DNA of 64,000 bases from Halocafeteria seosinensis (taxonomy: Eukaryota), in NCBI GenBank assembly GCA_001687465.1, contig LVLI01000035.1, positions 124,001 through 188,000 on the forward strand, given 5' to 3'. The position numbers and the translations under genes are program-made. The notes beneath the pieces are model-generated. The model did not search any database. It was not told the origin of the DNA and saw only the letters and a list, made by a program, of their open reading frames with translations. Shown piece by piece: positions 38,901 to 52,389 of the stretch; positions within the stretch are counted from its first letter, which is position 1, and the number at the start of each line of letters is the position of its first letter.

Positions 38901-41900
38901 ACGGAGTCTTCAAGTCTCGTATGCAAGTTTCTACTGTCCTAGCAATCGCTTCTCCAGACTGGACTTTCTTGTGTCGACCTCGTTCATTGCCTACAGTTGC
39001 GTCCGGCATTGATAGTGTTGAGGACCGGTCGCGGCCCTTATCGCCAGTCTTGGAGGTAAACTGTTCCGGTTGACTTCCCCCTTCACCACCCTTCGAATCG
39101 ACCTCTGGGGAAGAGTTGGCAGATACTGAAGATTGAAGCGTTGTGGACCTCTCTCTGCTCACAGCATTTGGTGTGGACGTCATCGAATCTGAAGAGGCAG
39201 TGTACGGCATTTCACTTCCCATGCGTTCGTCTTCTGATTGATCGTCTTGCTGAGATCTCTCCTCGCTCCCAGCATTAAGTTCTTCGTTTACGGTGTTTAG
39301 AATCGCTGTTGCCGCTATATCGTGCGCGGCTAAGGCCGACCGGGGAAACGCGAGCAACACGCTAGTGCCGTCAGCCCAAAAGAACTCGAGGGCGCAGCGA
39401 GAGAACATATAGCGTCTCCGCAGAATCCTTCGAAGAAAGGAAAGAGGCCATTGCTTGCGGCGAGTAAGTAGGTCTATTCGAGTATCCTTCAAAATTGCAT
39501 TAGCAGAGTAAGACAGACCTGCGCTCCAGTTATCATTCGCGCTTGCACCCATTGTTGGGGTCTCATCGTCGGCGTTCTTGGCACTCAGGTTCGACTCAGG
39601 ACTCACATTGGCTGAATTGTGTTTTTTGGATTCTTTTAGTCGCATGGACCTCTCTATGGACTTCCTCCGTTTGTATCCGATTGGTTCAAATATTAACTCT
39701 CGTTTAGTAATGAGCAAGTGTCCATCAGCAACGCCCACGATTGTAACTAGCCGACATGCTTGATTAATAAGGGCTTCCCCTAGGTACTGTGAGTGTTTTT
39801 GATGCTTTTCTCTAGGAGAGGGATGGTAAGTGTTCGGTGCTGGCTTGATGGGTGTTTGGGGAGTGTCTTTCCATCTCCGTAAGCGGCTTCCTAAAGAGCT
39901 ACCACGGACATATAGATCGAAGGTTCTCCATGCGGGCGGATTACTCCGTTCATGTGACTTGAACAGTTCTTTGGGACCGCTCAATGCTACAGCGGACGAC
40001 GAGCGCTTGCGAGAAGGGCTATTTGAAGGAGACATGCGATCAGCCGAAGCTGATCGGGTTCTGTTATGCAGAGAAGCGGAACAGAAGTAATGATCTTCAC
40101 CCCTCTCTACCGGACTTGAATTGACAGGTTGCTTCCACGCAGCATTCATGTGGTCAGCAACAAAAAAATCTTCGCTAAACCTAACCTTTTTTCCAGTAGC
40201 ATCGACATACGACGACAGTTTCAACGGCCTGCAAGAGGAGGAAAGAGGGACTGGCTGGTAGGCTGGAGAATATTGTATTGGAAGGTGAGAGACAAACTGG
40301 AGCTGCTCGGCCATACGTTGCAAAGCATCTCTTCCCGACGCTTCCATCTTTAACGACTCCACGCCAGTGGAGGGCAGTAACTTAGCCAATCCGTAGCGGT
40401 TCAGCAGCTGGCACACTGTCGGAACATCGATGGGTCTGGATGGTGATATGGACCTTAAGAAATGCTCACCACCGCCAGAAATGTACTGCAGTATGCAGTA
40501 GATGATGTCACTTGGTACGCTCAAACTCCAGATACAGGCTTCCGCAGAGAGTGCTTTATCAAACTTCGTAGCAATTGTATGAACGCGATTTTTGCGATCG
40601 CTGGAATGAAACAGATATGCCTCTCGCGCGTGCTTCAACTGTTTTTTTGTTTCCCGTAAATATTTCTCTGACACGGGGAGAGCGGTAATGCGGGGATGGA
40701 TGGGCTGAAGGATTTCCTGCTGGAGAAAATTGCTCTTTACTGTACGTAGCGATTCAGGTATGTTCCAACTTCCGACCAGCTGTAAGGCAAGATCACTGAG
40801 TCTCTTTTCATATATGGTTGTTTGGTTTTCCGAAAGATCAAATGCACTAAAATGAGAAATTTCCGACCGGAATACCGAGGAGACCGACTGGGCTACCAGA
40901 GGGGTCCATCCTGGTTGGGACACCCAGTGTCTTATGGACACCGAAAACTCTTCGCAAGGACTGGGATAGGCTGCTAGACGTACCGCATTATGAAAATAAT
41001 CAGCGAAGGTAAAATTTGCCATTTCCGGGCCAACGCTCTTCCCGAGGGAATGCAACACGCGGATAGTAGCACTGTGGTCAGCAACAGGACTGCAGGTATC
41101 CGTCGAAAAAGTAGGGCTTGATTCGTCCACGTCGTTTTGTAGCAGGCGGTTTACACACCATAGCAGAACCGAGACGATGTGCTCTTTCCTAGACGGAGAG
41201 TCAGCATTTGCCTCATCAGTAATACAATCTAATACTCCATCCCATTCAAGAATGTCTCCAATGAATGACATAAGCTCCTTTACCTCTTCCCTGGTGAACT
41301 CTTTTTTAAGCACAAGAAATGTTAGAATAACGCGACAGCAGGTTTGGACAAAGTCTGCCAGTTGTTCGCTCGCAACGTCGACGGAGTTGCTCCGAAATGA
41401 GTGCCAAAACGTTCGTAAAAGGGTGATGGATATCTTACTAAGCCGTTCGGCCGCCTCAAGAGAAGAATCCGAAATGGCATCCTGAACCGCATTCGCCGCC
41501 GGCCTGATATCGTCCGGCGATATAGCTTCACCGCTTACGGAAGAAGCACTTCTGGATCGCGAATTTCGCCTCGTTACAACTTCATCGAAAACATCAAGGG
41601 AATGCTTGGTCTCAATGGAGCTTTGAAAACAGGTTGTCAAATAGAGGACATCCGCCGCACTTAGAGAAGCGGTATTTGGTGGCGATTCGGAGACACACAA
41701 GTCCTCGCCGATTCGGCAGAGGATCTCTAGATCCAATTCCCCAGGCACGTCCTGCAGTAATGCCGATACATGTTGGAGAGTACTACTCTTTTCTTGGTTC
41801 TGTCTAAAGTCTTCGAGGACGAGATATGTTATTAATTGCATACTCATGCTTCTAATACTATCCTCCCAACGTGTTTTCTCACACACGCGAAACGTTGCAC

Positions 41901-44900
41901 CGAGTAGCCGCGGCAATGCCTCTCTCCAAGAGTACGCTTCAAGAGCAAGTAGCTTAAGGTTCTGAGGTGTTTTCTGGCTCGATAAGCTTGCGATTAGTAG
42001 CATGTCAGGAAGCATGTGAGCCAGGGCTTCACTGGACATAGCAGGAATAAGACGGAATATGAGGTCCATTATTGGAGCGTTAACAATTTCATCGTCTCCA
42101 TCAATCACAGCATTTTGGGACTCTTCCGCAAAAGGAATAAACGTATTGTTGTTTCCTTGGTGTATGTAAGCGAGATCTACATCCCGCTGATATGCAGCAG
42201 ATACCAACACCGCGTATGTATACCGACCAATGCCCCCTCTTAACACAGTAAATAGCCAGTCAATCCTTGCTCCAGCACAGAGATGCTCACACCACTTTTG
42301 CCTTGTAGAAAATTCCGCAAATAGCCTTGACCTATTCTGCTTGCTTTCCGAGACTGACCTTCTCTGACCACCGGAGAAAGCATTGCTCACACGCCGAAAG
42401 GTAGCTGCGAAGCCAGTGTTGGCGGCCGTTTCACCGGATAGTTGTTGAGCGCGCATGTACTGTAGCACGACTCTGAGATAAGCTGCACGAACGTTATCGT
42501 TTTCGGCCGAGATCATACATAGTGAAAAGAAGTTGAGGGGATCGATCGGGGTGACCGAAGTTAGAGTCTCAAATGCCGCTAAGGCTGAAACACCTGTGAG
42601 ACTTTGGTGTGGCATGCCCTTTTCCGAACTGCGGTCAAGTCGCGAGTCTGCTTCGGCAGACGCCATGTTCACTTCTGCGCCAATGATTCTAGCCACTAAA
42701 CATAGAAGCGCGGAGCGAAATCGTGAGTCTACATTCCCGATACACCATTTAAATACTGCCAGCAAGTCTTCTTTCAATCTGCCCATAGAAAAGAAGCGGC
42801 GATTATCTTCTTCAACCCCCACGCCGACGGCCCTTCCTTGGACAGCAATCACTGCATGGGGAACACCCATAATTGCTGCGACTACGTACAGCGCTTGACG
42901 AATTAGCAAATCAATACTGGCCTCTTCCAATTGATCTAACGCATCTACTTTTTCTAACCAGGACAATATCGACTCCATAAAGAACACGACACCACCGATT
43001 GCGTCCCGGAAAAACATTGGCGTGGCTCGAACAGTGTGGAAAACATATTCAAACAGAGTTTTTTGCGTATCCAACGGAGCAGCAGCAAAGAGGGGAAAAG
43101 CGCATAATAAATTTCTCCAAACAGACGCTTGAGCTACTGGTGGAAGTGTCGGCGAATTAGCAATTTGCAGAAGAGAAGCTAACAATTGCGGACAAGCAAG
43201 ACCCTCAGGGTCGTCACGGAACCGGATTTCCAAATGGCAACGGAGTATTTCAAAAAACCGCACATGTACTAAATGATCTCTCATACATTCAGCATCTTGG
43301 AGAAAGCCTGCCACAATCCGCAGAACGGATGACACAATATGCTCTTTAGGCGTGTCTACCCTTGACAATTCCGGAATACAGCTTTCCGACGCACGCACTG
43401 ATGTAGGATGCTCCTGCCCAGTTGATATGGTAGCATCCTCTGCTGTACTTTGCCTCCTTAGGTGCACAAGGGTAGCCAGCGCGTTAACCCCACCCAAGGT
43501 TTGAAGAGCTTGTGATAACGAAGGGAATCGCCAGGGGGTTGTTCCGTATCGCAACAAAGCTACTCCACACGTTCCAACGACGTCAGACCCAGAGTAGCAC
43601 GCCATTTTTGTATAGTGAACCCTTCCACTCAAGTCGCGACAGTTACCATAGATTGAGGAAAATGCGTCCTCCTTTGCATTCGTCCCCTCAGAACTGTCAA
43701 GAGAGACAACGCAGTTACGAGGATGGAAGCAAGCGACGATGACATTCTTCAGATATTTTTCGGAAAGAAAACTACGGTATTCTTTTCCAGATTTGAGGGT
43801 TATTTGAATTGCCTGGTGAAGAGTTGCAGAATCGGGGATAGCCTTCCAAATGAGAATCGGCCCCATCTGACCCGTGAATTCTTCACCGAACGCAAAGGAC
43901 ACCGGTGGCCGCTCTTCAGGAACTTCCCGTCTACCAGATGTTGCTGCGACCACTGAACGATTAAACGTGGAGTAGGAACTACCCACGTCAACAAGCCATT
44001 TCGGATACGAATAGTTAACAGTAAAGGGAGCCATTTTATTAATCCAAACCTTAAGTTCGTGCTTTCCAAACTTGAGTGTGCTCTGTCGACTCCATTGCAG
44101 GGCTAGATGAACCCACTTTCCGTTAACAATCAATGGACAATCGATCTTTTCTTCACGCGGTTTCCCTCGTCGACCAAATGCACAGATTCTTATGCTTCCC
44201 TCAGCCAGAGAAAACTTAACACAGGGACTAGCCTCAGGATGCTCCAGGATCTCGTCATTTCTTCGGATTGTAAGGAAGCAAGAATAGTCAAAGTCTTCGG
44301 TGTCGAGAACATTTTTGTCGATGTTGGTTGGCCTCAACCATGCAGAAAAGGCAAGGTCTCGATCGAAAGGCCAGCTTGGTGGAGACCATTCTATTACGGA
44401 ATCTTCGTGTGGAAAGCAGAAGTATTTCGATGGACCGTCCGCCCTCGTTGTTGCTCGCGTAACCATGGTTTCTATTTCACGGATAAGATTCCCTTTTATG
44501 AGCTTCCCGTCCTGGCTGTCGTTCACCGAAGAAGGGGATTTGGAATCTAGCTGATGGAGTTTGATCAGCTTCTCCCAACAGGCTTCAGGGTGTAAGAATC
44601 TGAGCAAGAGCAATAGCTCCTGTGGCGTGCAGCCGGCAGAGAAGAGCTTCGTTAGTATACGTAATAGTAAGCAACAATGTCTGAGGCACGCAGAGTCGCA
44701 CATGTATACAGTGATATATCTTCATTGTAGTCCGGCACAGAAGACCCTCTGCTAACTTACCGAAGTCCTGTGTCGCGTAAGATTCGTATTATAACATCGC
44801 GAAGACCGATAGTACAATTGGCACACCAGTATGCTTCTGTGAGCGCAATGTCTGCTCGAGAGCAAGTATTCCTCCTGGCCAGGCTTGTGGTCATCCTCTT

Positions 44901-45287
44901 GGGTCTCTCGGATGCAGCTGCGTTGGTGGAAGGACGATCTCTTGCAAGAGCGTATCCGGCATTCTCTACGAGATCACAAATGGATTCCAAGGTATAGCGT
45001 TGGGCAGCATCCGGAAGTTGTGCAAACACTGCAGATCGGAAAAACAATCAGTCATATGCACCCAGTCGTGCGCTCAATACACGCAGGTACGCACCTTCAG
45101 GTTGTGAGGCCTGCGTCAAAAACACTCTAGCCGCTTCCTCCTTCAAGAGTAAAGGCCCTTGCTCATTCTCATTCTCCTGCTCTTGTCCCTTTCGGGCGAA
45201 TGGCTCCAGAGCTGTCTTGGCTCTCTCGGTGGCGGTATGAGCCAACACAAGCTCAAATATCTCTTGCTTGACCTCCAGCAACAGCAT
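35908..45287 (-). CDS. BEACH-domain protein (ConA-like, ARM-like, PH, BEACH, WD40), ~3,070 aa
   Basis: BEACH core [31 protein letters not shown]…ELIPEFY…VVLPPWA…WVDLIFGYKQRG…FGQTPSQLF; PH-like segment RRRYMFSRCALEFF; C-terminal WD repeats. Exons ~45287-45095, 45028-44761, 44680-35908; start uncertain. Confidence 0.95.
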
Positions 45288-45484
45288 CTTTGGGACACAC
45301 ACAACCACGCTTTTCCCACTGCTCTACTTGGACACCACTCCACAGGCACGTGTGACTGTGACTAACCGATACAATGAGAGTACTACAGGGCCATGGCACC
45401 TATTGTATCGTATAGTATAACAGGACTAGGCAGTCTAGAGAACAAGCTGTTGTACAATATCAAGAGCATATACATACACACCCA

Positions 45485-45515
45485 CTCTCTCTCTCTCTCT
45501 AATATATATATATAT
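45485..45515. repeat. Compound (CT)n/(AT)n microsatellite
   Basis: ctctctctctctctct followed by atatatatatatat, upstream of the BEACH gene. Confidence 0.9.
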
Positions 45516-45973
45516 GCAAGTATGTTACAGTATTCCTTCACTTTATACAAATGCAAATAATTACTGTATCACGAATGCGTGTACATGATACTGCAGATCG
45601 CTACAGGGTCATCTTCAACCACTAGGCTCTTGGAGAGTCTTGGTTCAATTCAAGCAAAATACAACACAATGGCCAGTGACTGGTAGTGAAGCCAAAGTAT
45701 CATACAACAAAATGCCGTGCTGCCCTGGTTGTTCATTCTTAATGACAACGGTGTGTAGCCTACCACCCACTCAGTGAACACGCGAACCGGAGCATGATTC
45801 CACGTGAACTTTTTCCGGATTGCAGTTCAATCTTCTAAAAACGTTTTCCATAGTTTCGTATCTTTATTCTCTTCGTGGGCTTGGGCTTAACACTAAAAAA
45901 ATGCCCTCTCCATATGTTCATGTACTTGGCTTCTCGGCGAAGCTCTCGACTTAACATGCTCGGTTCTATAGCC

Positions 45974-47781
45974 TCATTTGTTTAGTGGGTGAATCCCTAC
46001 ATCCCCAGAACCATCTGAGTTTTGGGACGTTGAGTAATAGTTTGTCCAGCTCCCACCATCCTTGGAGTAATAGTCCATAGGGTATACGGATCTCCAGTCT
46101 TCGAACGACAAGGCTACCTCTGCTTCATAGGGAGTGAGAATAGGCTGCTGAAACGCATATCCCCAGTCAACACTCAATCGTGGACAGGCTATTTGAATCC
46201 AAGCATCGACGTTTTTGAACAGTTCCAGCTGATCAAACAAATAACAGCCCGCCAATACGAAACATAAGGTATATGTTAAACACGGGCAACGGATATCTTC
46301 GCGTACCTTTTGCGGATAGATTTCCGATAAGAGGACGACGAGGTATTTCTTGCCAGCCCGAGACAATTTATCCTTGAGTCGATCCATTATTTTCACGTTG
46401 CCTTGCCGTCCCAATGTTCCTAGGATCAATCCAAAACACTCTGCGTCCTTGGCAGACTCGATCGCAGTTCTGCCATTGCAAGCAGAAACATAAGCAAGTG
46501 TTATCTCAAGCATAAGTCGATAACGCATCACATACTTCCTATCATTCTTCATTTTATCAGTTTCATAGTACTCTCGGGTCATCTTTTTGTCATAAGGGTT
46601 GTACCTATACGCAGGCAAGTCGGGGTTATGGATCATTAGACTCTCTAGATGGAACCTCCCATCTGCTACAAAAATGGCAGCGTCTGTGTCTGGTAAGCGG
46701 GGAGACGTGCATCCGAGTACTTCCCCAGGAGATAATGGTTTTGTCTGCAATAGTTCGGTTGATACGACACCATATAGGCGGAATTTGCGTGTACCATAGC
46801 GGTAGCGTTCGCTTTGCTTACTTGGGGGATGAACAGGCCGCTGTATTCCGACAGAGCACTCTTCACCGAATGTATTGCCGATGCAAACTGAATAGTCCCT
46901 AGTAACGCTAGCTTTGAGTCAGGTTTAAAATTTTCGCGAATGAGCCGAACTAGCTGTATTTCAAGAAGAGGTTCGGGATGTACACAGTATGGTCTCCTAT
47001 ATGGGTACTCCGGTTTCTGCTTACGTGAGATGTATCAAACGAGATATCCACAAAGACGTAGAGCATATTGATGGACGTCTGGTCGATAGGAATAAGACAA
47101 CTGTGCCCATAATGCACCATAAATCCCGCACCTAAATTTCGTGCCGACAAGTCATCGACGCAGCAGGCTCCGTAAGTTACATCCCCCATGATCAACATTT
47201 TGGCACCCGTGAACCTTTCCAGAATATCGGCGATGACACATGAGAACATGAGTAATCCTTCGGGAAATTGCAATGCTACGATGCGGCTCTCAGACTGCCT
47301 GATTTTCCATATCGTCTTTGGTATTTCAAAGTTGTAGTTGGTCGGCAGCTGTTCGGGTTCAATTACGCACGATGTAAGGCGACACACTTTCACGAGGGAA
47401 GACGGAAACAAGAAAAACTTACAACACTCATGGCTCGGTGTAGCTCGGGATCATCCGATATCTCTGGAGGTATCTGACGAGCTGCCTTCCTCGCTGCTCG
47501 TGCTTTGGCTCTGCACACAAACGCAACATGGGAGGTGGCGTGTTTGGGAGACAGCAATGATCCAGTGTCAGGACGTACAGTTCCTTTGGATCTTTTTTCT
47601 TCCGCGGAATGACTGGTTTTTTCTTTTCTTTGCTTCCCTCTCCTTCTATATGGGTATGCGTCGAGAGGGCATCCTCTTGCTGGGGAGTGTCTGTACAAGC
47701 GCAAGCTGCGCATGCACCGGAAGTTGACGAAGCACTCGACGCCTCCAACACGGCGGGCACCTGTTCCTTTTTGTCTGCCAT
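45974..47781 (-). CDS. DPH1: Diphthamide biosynthesis protein 1
   Basis: [92 protein letters not shown]; several short introns. Confidence 0.97.
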
Positions 47782-48555
47782 AATCTTCGATGAATGCCGC
47801 TGCTAGACATAAATAGTTCTCCCCAGGTCTACATGATGGGCAATCCCTATGACATTTCCCGATTCTTGTTCACACTTCTCAGCTGCAGCTTGCAAGCAGC
47901 GCGTGCGTGCCTGAACTTCAACTTGGACCTGGTGCTGTGACACATAGTGGATGGGATCGTTTAAATACATACATGCTATTTCTTCTGAGGTTATGGAGAT
48001 GAACCGTCCTCCTGTCTCACTTGCTCTCTACCACTTTCGGGGCAATGGCCCGTGTCTTCCTTCATTGCGAGCAATCGAGTGTCAGTGCAGCAGCATGGCA
48101 CGGAGTGTTGCATACTGTAGACATTTTACTCCCTCTATCTAAAATTACCGATTCATATGTATATTTTCAATTGGATGGTGTAGCCGCTGTGGAAAAGTAG
48201 AGACTTGGTTGTTTCTTTGTTATCCGAGTGGAGTGGAATTCAGGGGAAGTTGTTTGGTGCATCATGAATGTTGATCCCATGCGATGTCTGTAGAGTCTAT
48301 ACCACTTTTTATACGACCAAAAATATAAATAAGAAAACATGCGTATCAATTCGAAGCATAGTTCAGGCGGCTCTGAGCTAGCTACCACAAGTGCTAGCTA
48401 GGATTGAAATGGAACGTCCTGTCTGTGTGAACACCGTGAAGAAGTCACCTGTATTGTTGGGTCAAATTGATCTGTGTTGCAACACGACACAACACGGAGA
48501 CCAGTTGTGTTTTTCGTTTCAGTAACGGGAGCAAGTAGACATACACGCCCGTACA

Positions 48556-49893
48556 ATGTTATCCGTGTCGTGGGGCAGAAGCGCCACGGCGACTTCCCGT
48601 GGCCTGTTTAATGGACTCTCTAGGGGCACTTTTATGCCCCCCTCTCCTCGGTCAATACACTATTCTTCTCTACGGCCTAGTACGAGGCGAAAGGGATCGA
48701 GACTGCAGCAACAAGGGCCACAATACGGGCTGTATGGACCTCATACGAGCATGAGACTCATGGCTCCGGCGACATCTCTCGTGCACGAGATACCCTTGAT
48801 ACCAGGGACTGCACGGTCGTTTGTCTCGTATACATTGCCCATGCTGGATAAACAGCAGGAACGCAAGACCGAAGACACAGGAGCAGAGGAGAAACAGGGC
48901 TCTGAAGATGGTGGCAGTGGAGGAGAGGAGAAGAAGAAGGAGCAACAGGAAGAGTATTATGAAGAGCAAGAGAATATACCATTTATCGGTAAAGTCGGAA
49001 TGGGTATCAAAGTCCTTTTCAGAATATCCTTGTTTGGGGCTATCTTTGCGCTTGTATGCTACTGTGGATACTATGTCCTGAAAATGATTATCCCTTCGTA
49101 AGTGATCTACCTTTCGGACGTCCTTTATTACGCCCGGAACATGTATTGCTTGTCTAATGCACACAGATCCTCATCACCTCTATCGGTAAGAAACGATGCT
49201 GCCAAGCTGTTAGAAGCGAATCCGGAGGTTAGTTCACAGTTTGGAGAGATTGCACGAGTACGAGGTGTTGATCTAGGTGGACGAGGAGAAGGACGGAGAA
49301 ATTATGTCCCCTCGTATACTTACGAGATTGATGGACGCAAATTTACTCGGATCAAATTCGAGGTTGAAAACGAAAGAAAACAGCATGCTGTCGTCTTTGC
49401 GGAGGTTGCTCATGATCGTTCTCGTACGTTTTGCCCCCTATCCTATACTAAGTGACGGGTGAAAGTCCTGTTCTACTGTTTTTTTAAACATGCAGGATCG
49501 AGTGACTTCAACTATCTGATGCTACAAACATCAACCGGCAAGGTTATCACAGTTGAAGATAACAGGAAACCCGAAAAGCCCAAGGACTTGAGAAAGTATG
49601 ATGTTTCTATCAAGCTACAAGATGACTTTGCTCGATTTTATCACGGAGGGCCGGACCACACACCAAGCCGACAACAGGAACAAATCCTGTCTCCTCATTT
49701 TGACTATGTCAAACAAATCCGCTGCGATCGGGATGAAGCTCGTTGTCAAGCAGATGGGGTTGAGCCGGGCACGCTGGTGTACAGGAACAAACAGCTCAAG
49801 GCTCCAAAGAGCCTTGAAGAGTTGGAAAAAGAAACAGGTTTGTCTAGATACACACGACCGGGTGGTGTATCCTATCAGGATAGCGTAGAGTAG
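48556..49893 (+). CDS. TIM21: Mitochondrial inner-membrane Tim21-like protein with a C-terminal thioredoxin-like domain
   Basis: Exons 48556-49097, 49167-49423, 49496-49893. Arg/Ser-rich presequence, single TM helix, then SSSPLSVRNDAAKLLEANPEVSSQFGE…GRRNYVPSYTYEIDGRKFTRIKFEVE…VVFAEV…FNYLML…ITVEDNR (Tim21 pattern). Confidence 0.82.
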
Positions 49894-49948
49894 TTTTTTT
49901 TTTCAGGAATACACAAGCACGGGAAGACTTCCACTTTGGAGTGTGTAT

Positions 49949-52389
49949 TTACGTTTCTGAGCCATCATTACTGGTAAGAGATGGTTTCCGCATAGGTGTG
50001 GTACTATGCTTGATCCCGTAGCCAAAGTAAATAGCAAAGCCCGCAACGGTCCACGCTCCAAACCTTATCCACGTGTTGTAGTCCAACGAGGCTAACAAAT
50101 AGATGTTTATAGCCATGCTTACCATAGGCAGTACAGGAACGAACGGGCACTTGAAAGTCAAGTGATCCTGTGCTTCCCGAGGCACTGTGGCCGCGAGAAT
50201 AAGTAACAGGAAAGAGAGAGCTGAGAAAACTATGATGAAAGCAAACGAGATAGGCCCGCTCCCGTATACTCCCAAGAACGAGGCAATAAAGCAGCATCCT
50301 GTATAAAGCAAGACTATCCCCACTACTGCTTTGAAGACGTCAGCTTGGTGGTGTTTCTGTTGTAGTGTTAAGAGAAAACTTGACACCCACCCACATGACT
50401 TGTTCAGGCGCTGAGGCTTCGAAACATTCAAAAGAGAACCAGATGCGTCGGCACGTTGCTCTTGATTGCTTCTGTCTACAGTGGCTTCGCCCCTCTCAGG
50501 CAATAGAAACTCCTCGTCATTCCCCCCTTGAGTTTTGTTGTCACCCATGTTAGTGTAATACCCCCCAATAGCTTCCTTGCTTTCAACGGAACCTTCATTA
50601 GGCGGTGCTACATTGCTTTTGGCAGGCGAGCTGGACCTACGATCTGGAAGTGATGATGAACGGGCACGTGCTATTCTGGTATTGGTTGTACCATATGACT
50701 GGCACCCTTCTTCTGACAATCGGCCTCTCTCATTTCGTTGAAGTGCATTCAGCTTCGGAGTTTCCACCAATACTCCAGCAGCATCAGCATTGATATTGTT
50801 AGTATCATAGGCCACATCAAAGTCCTCCTCCATTAGGCGATCGGAATCTCTGGCAAGCCTAGCGGCTAGAACTTCTTCACGACTCGGAGGCTCGTATCGC
50901 AGTATCACAACACACGCCCCTACCAAAGAGTAAGACATCAGAGTCCCGATTGACATCATATCCGCTAACTCTTTTATGTTGAAAATGAAGGCCATCAGAC
51001 CAGCAAGAAGTCCAGAGAGGATTGTTGCGTTCAACGGTGTATGGAAGCGTTTGTGGACGCGGCCAAGCCACGGCCAGAGTAGACCATCATTAGCAATGGC
51101 GTAAATAATTCTAGGCAATGGGAAAATAGACGCCATTAAACTGGTGCTGAGCCCACATAAGGCACCAATAGCGATTATAATTTTCGCCCAATTGGCTCCA
51201 TTTTGTTTGAATGCATTGGACAAAGGAGCTGCACCAAAACAGAACCATGATAACTCGAAATACAGCACCATGCAAAACGCCACGCACCATCTTGATGAAT
51301 ATCTACGTAAGGAACCATCATTGTTATAACAGCGGATACAGCCATATAACTAAGGGCGCATGCTGTTAGTGATGCAACAATCCCAAAAGGGACATTTCTC
51401 TCTGGCTTGATGGTTTCTTCCGCTGAAGTTGCAATAACATCAAATCCAATATAAGCAAAGAAGCATGTTGCTGCCCCTTTGAATATCCCTTGAACACCGA
51501 ATTTGGCAGGAACTGAAGGGATACATACAACAAAATGCGTTAGGACAGTAGGCTTCTGAGAGAACTAGAAGAATAGAAATCTTACCGAAGGGTTGCCAGT
51601 TACTGAAGTCAACATAAAAGAGACCGGCAATGACAACAAAGCTAACCACAATCAGGTTGACGGCTGTCAGTACGTTGTTTGTTCTAGTACTTTCTTTCAC
51701 ACCGAGTCCAACCAGTAGTGTCAAAACCATGGTGACGAAAAATGCAAAAATATCAGTGTGCTGGCCCATTACTTCGGGCATATGCTGCAATATCCTTCCA
51801 AGCACAACGTTAGCATACGCCCCGCTTTCAGAAATACGAGAATTTTGCAATTGACCTTACACTATTAATTTTGTCTCGGATAAAGTAGCCCGTGAGTGCA
51901 TCAAAGTAGGATGACCATCCTCTCGCCACGCTGCTTGCTCCTATAATATATTCCAGGATGAGGTTCCACCCCGTTATCCACGCAACAAGCTCGCCGACAG
52001 CCACAAACGAGTATACATAGGCTGATCCAGCTCGAGGGACTCTAGAGCCGAATTCTGCGTAACTCAACCCTGCTAATATGGAAGCGAAGCCGGCAATAGC
52101 AAAGGAAAGAACGATTGCGGGGCCCGTCTGCACCGTACATACAGGGACCGTACATGAGCTTGCTAAGAGGTAGGACAGCTTGAATAACCTTGCTTACATC
52201 GTTGTGTGCTACTGTTCCAGTGATAACATAAATCCCAGCGCCTAAAGTCGACCCAATTCCCAACGCGGTTAAATCCCATCCTCCCATGTGCCGGGCGAGT
52301 TTACCATTTCCATCCTCTTTGCTCTCACTCTCTCCGACATGCAGGATTTTACGCCGAAAGATTCGGCTCATAAACTGGTTGACCCTCAT
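49949..52389 (-). CDS. Cationic amino-acid transporter (APC superfamily, SLC7 CAT-like)
   Basis: [73 protein letters not shown]…[10 protein letters not shown]; multiple introns. Confidence 0.95.
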
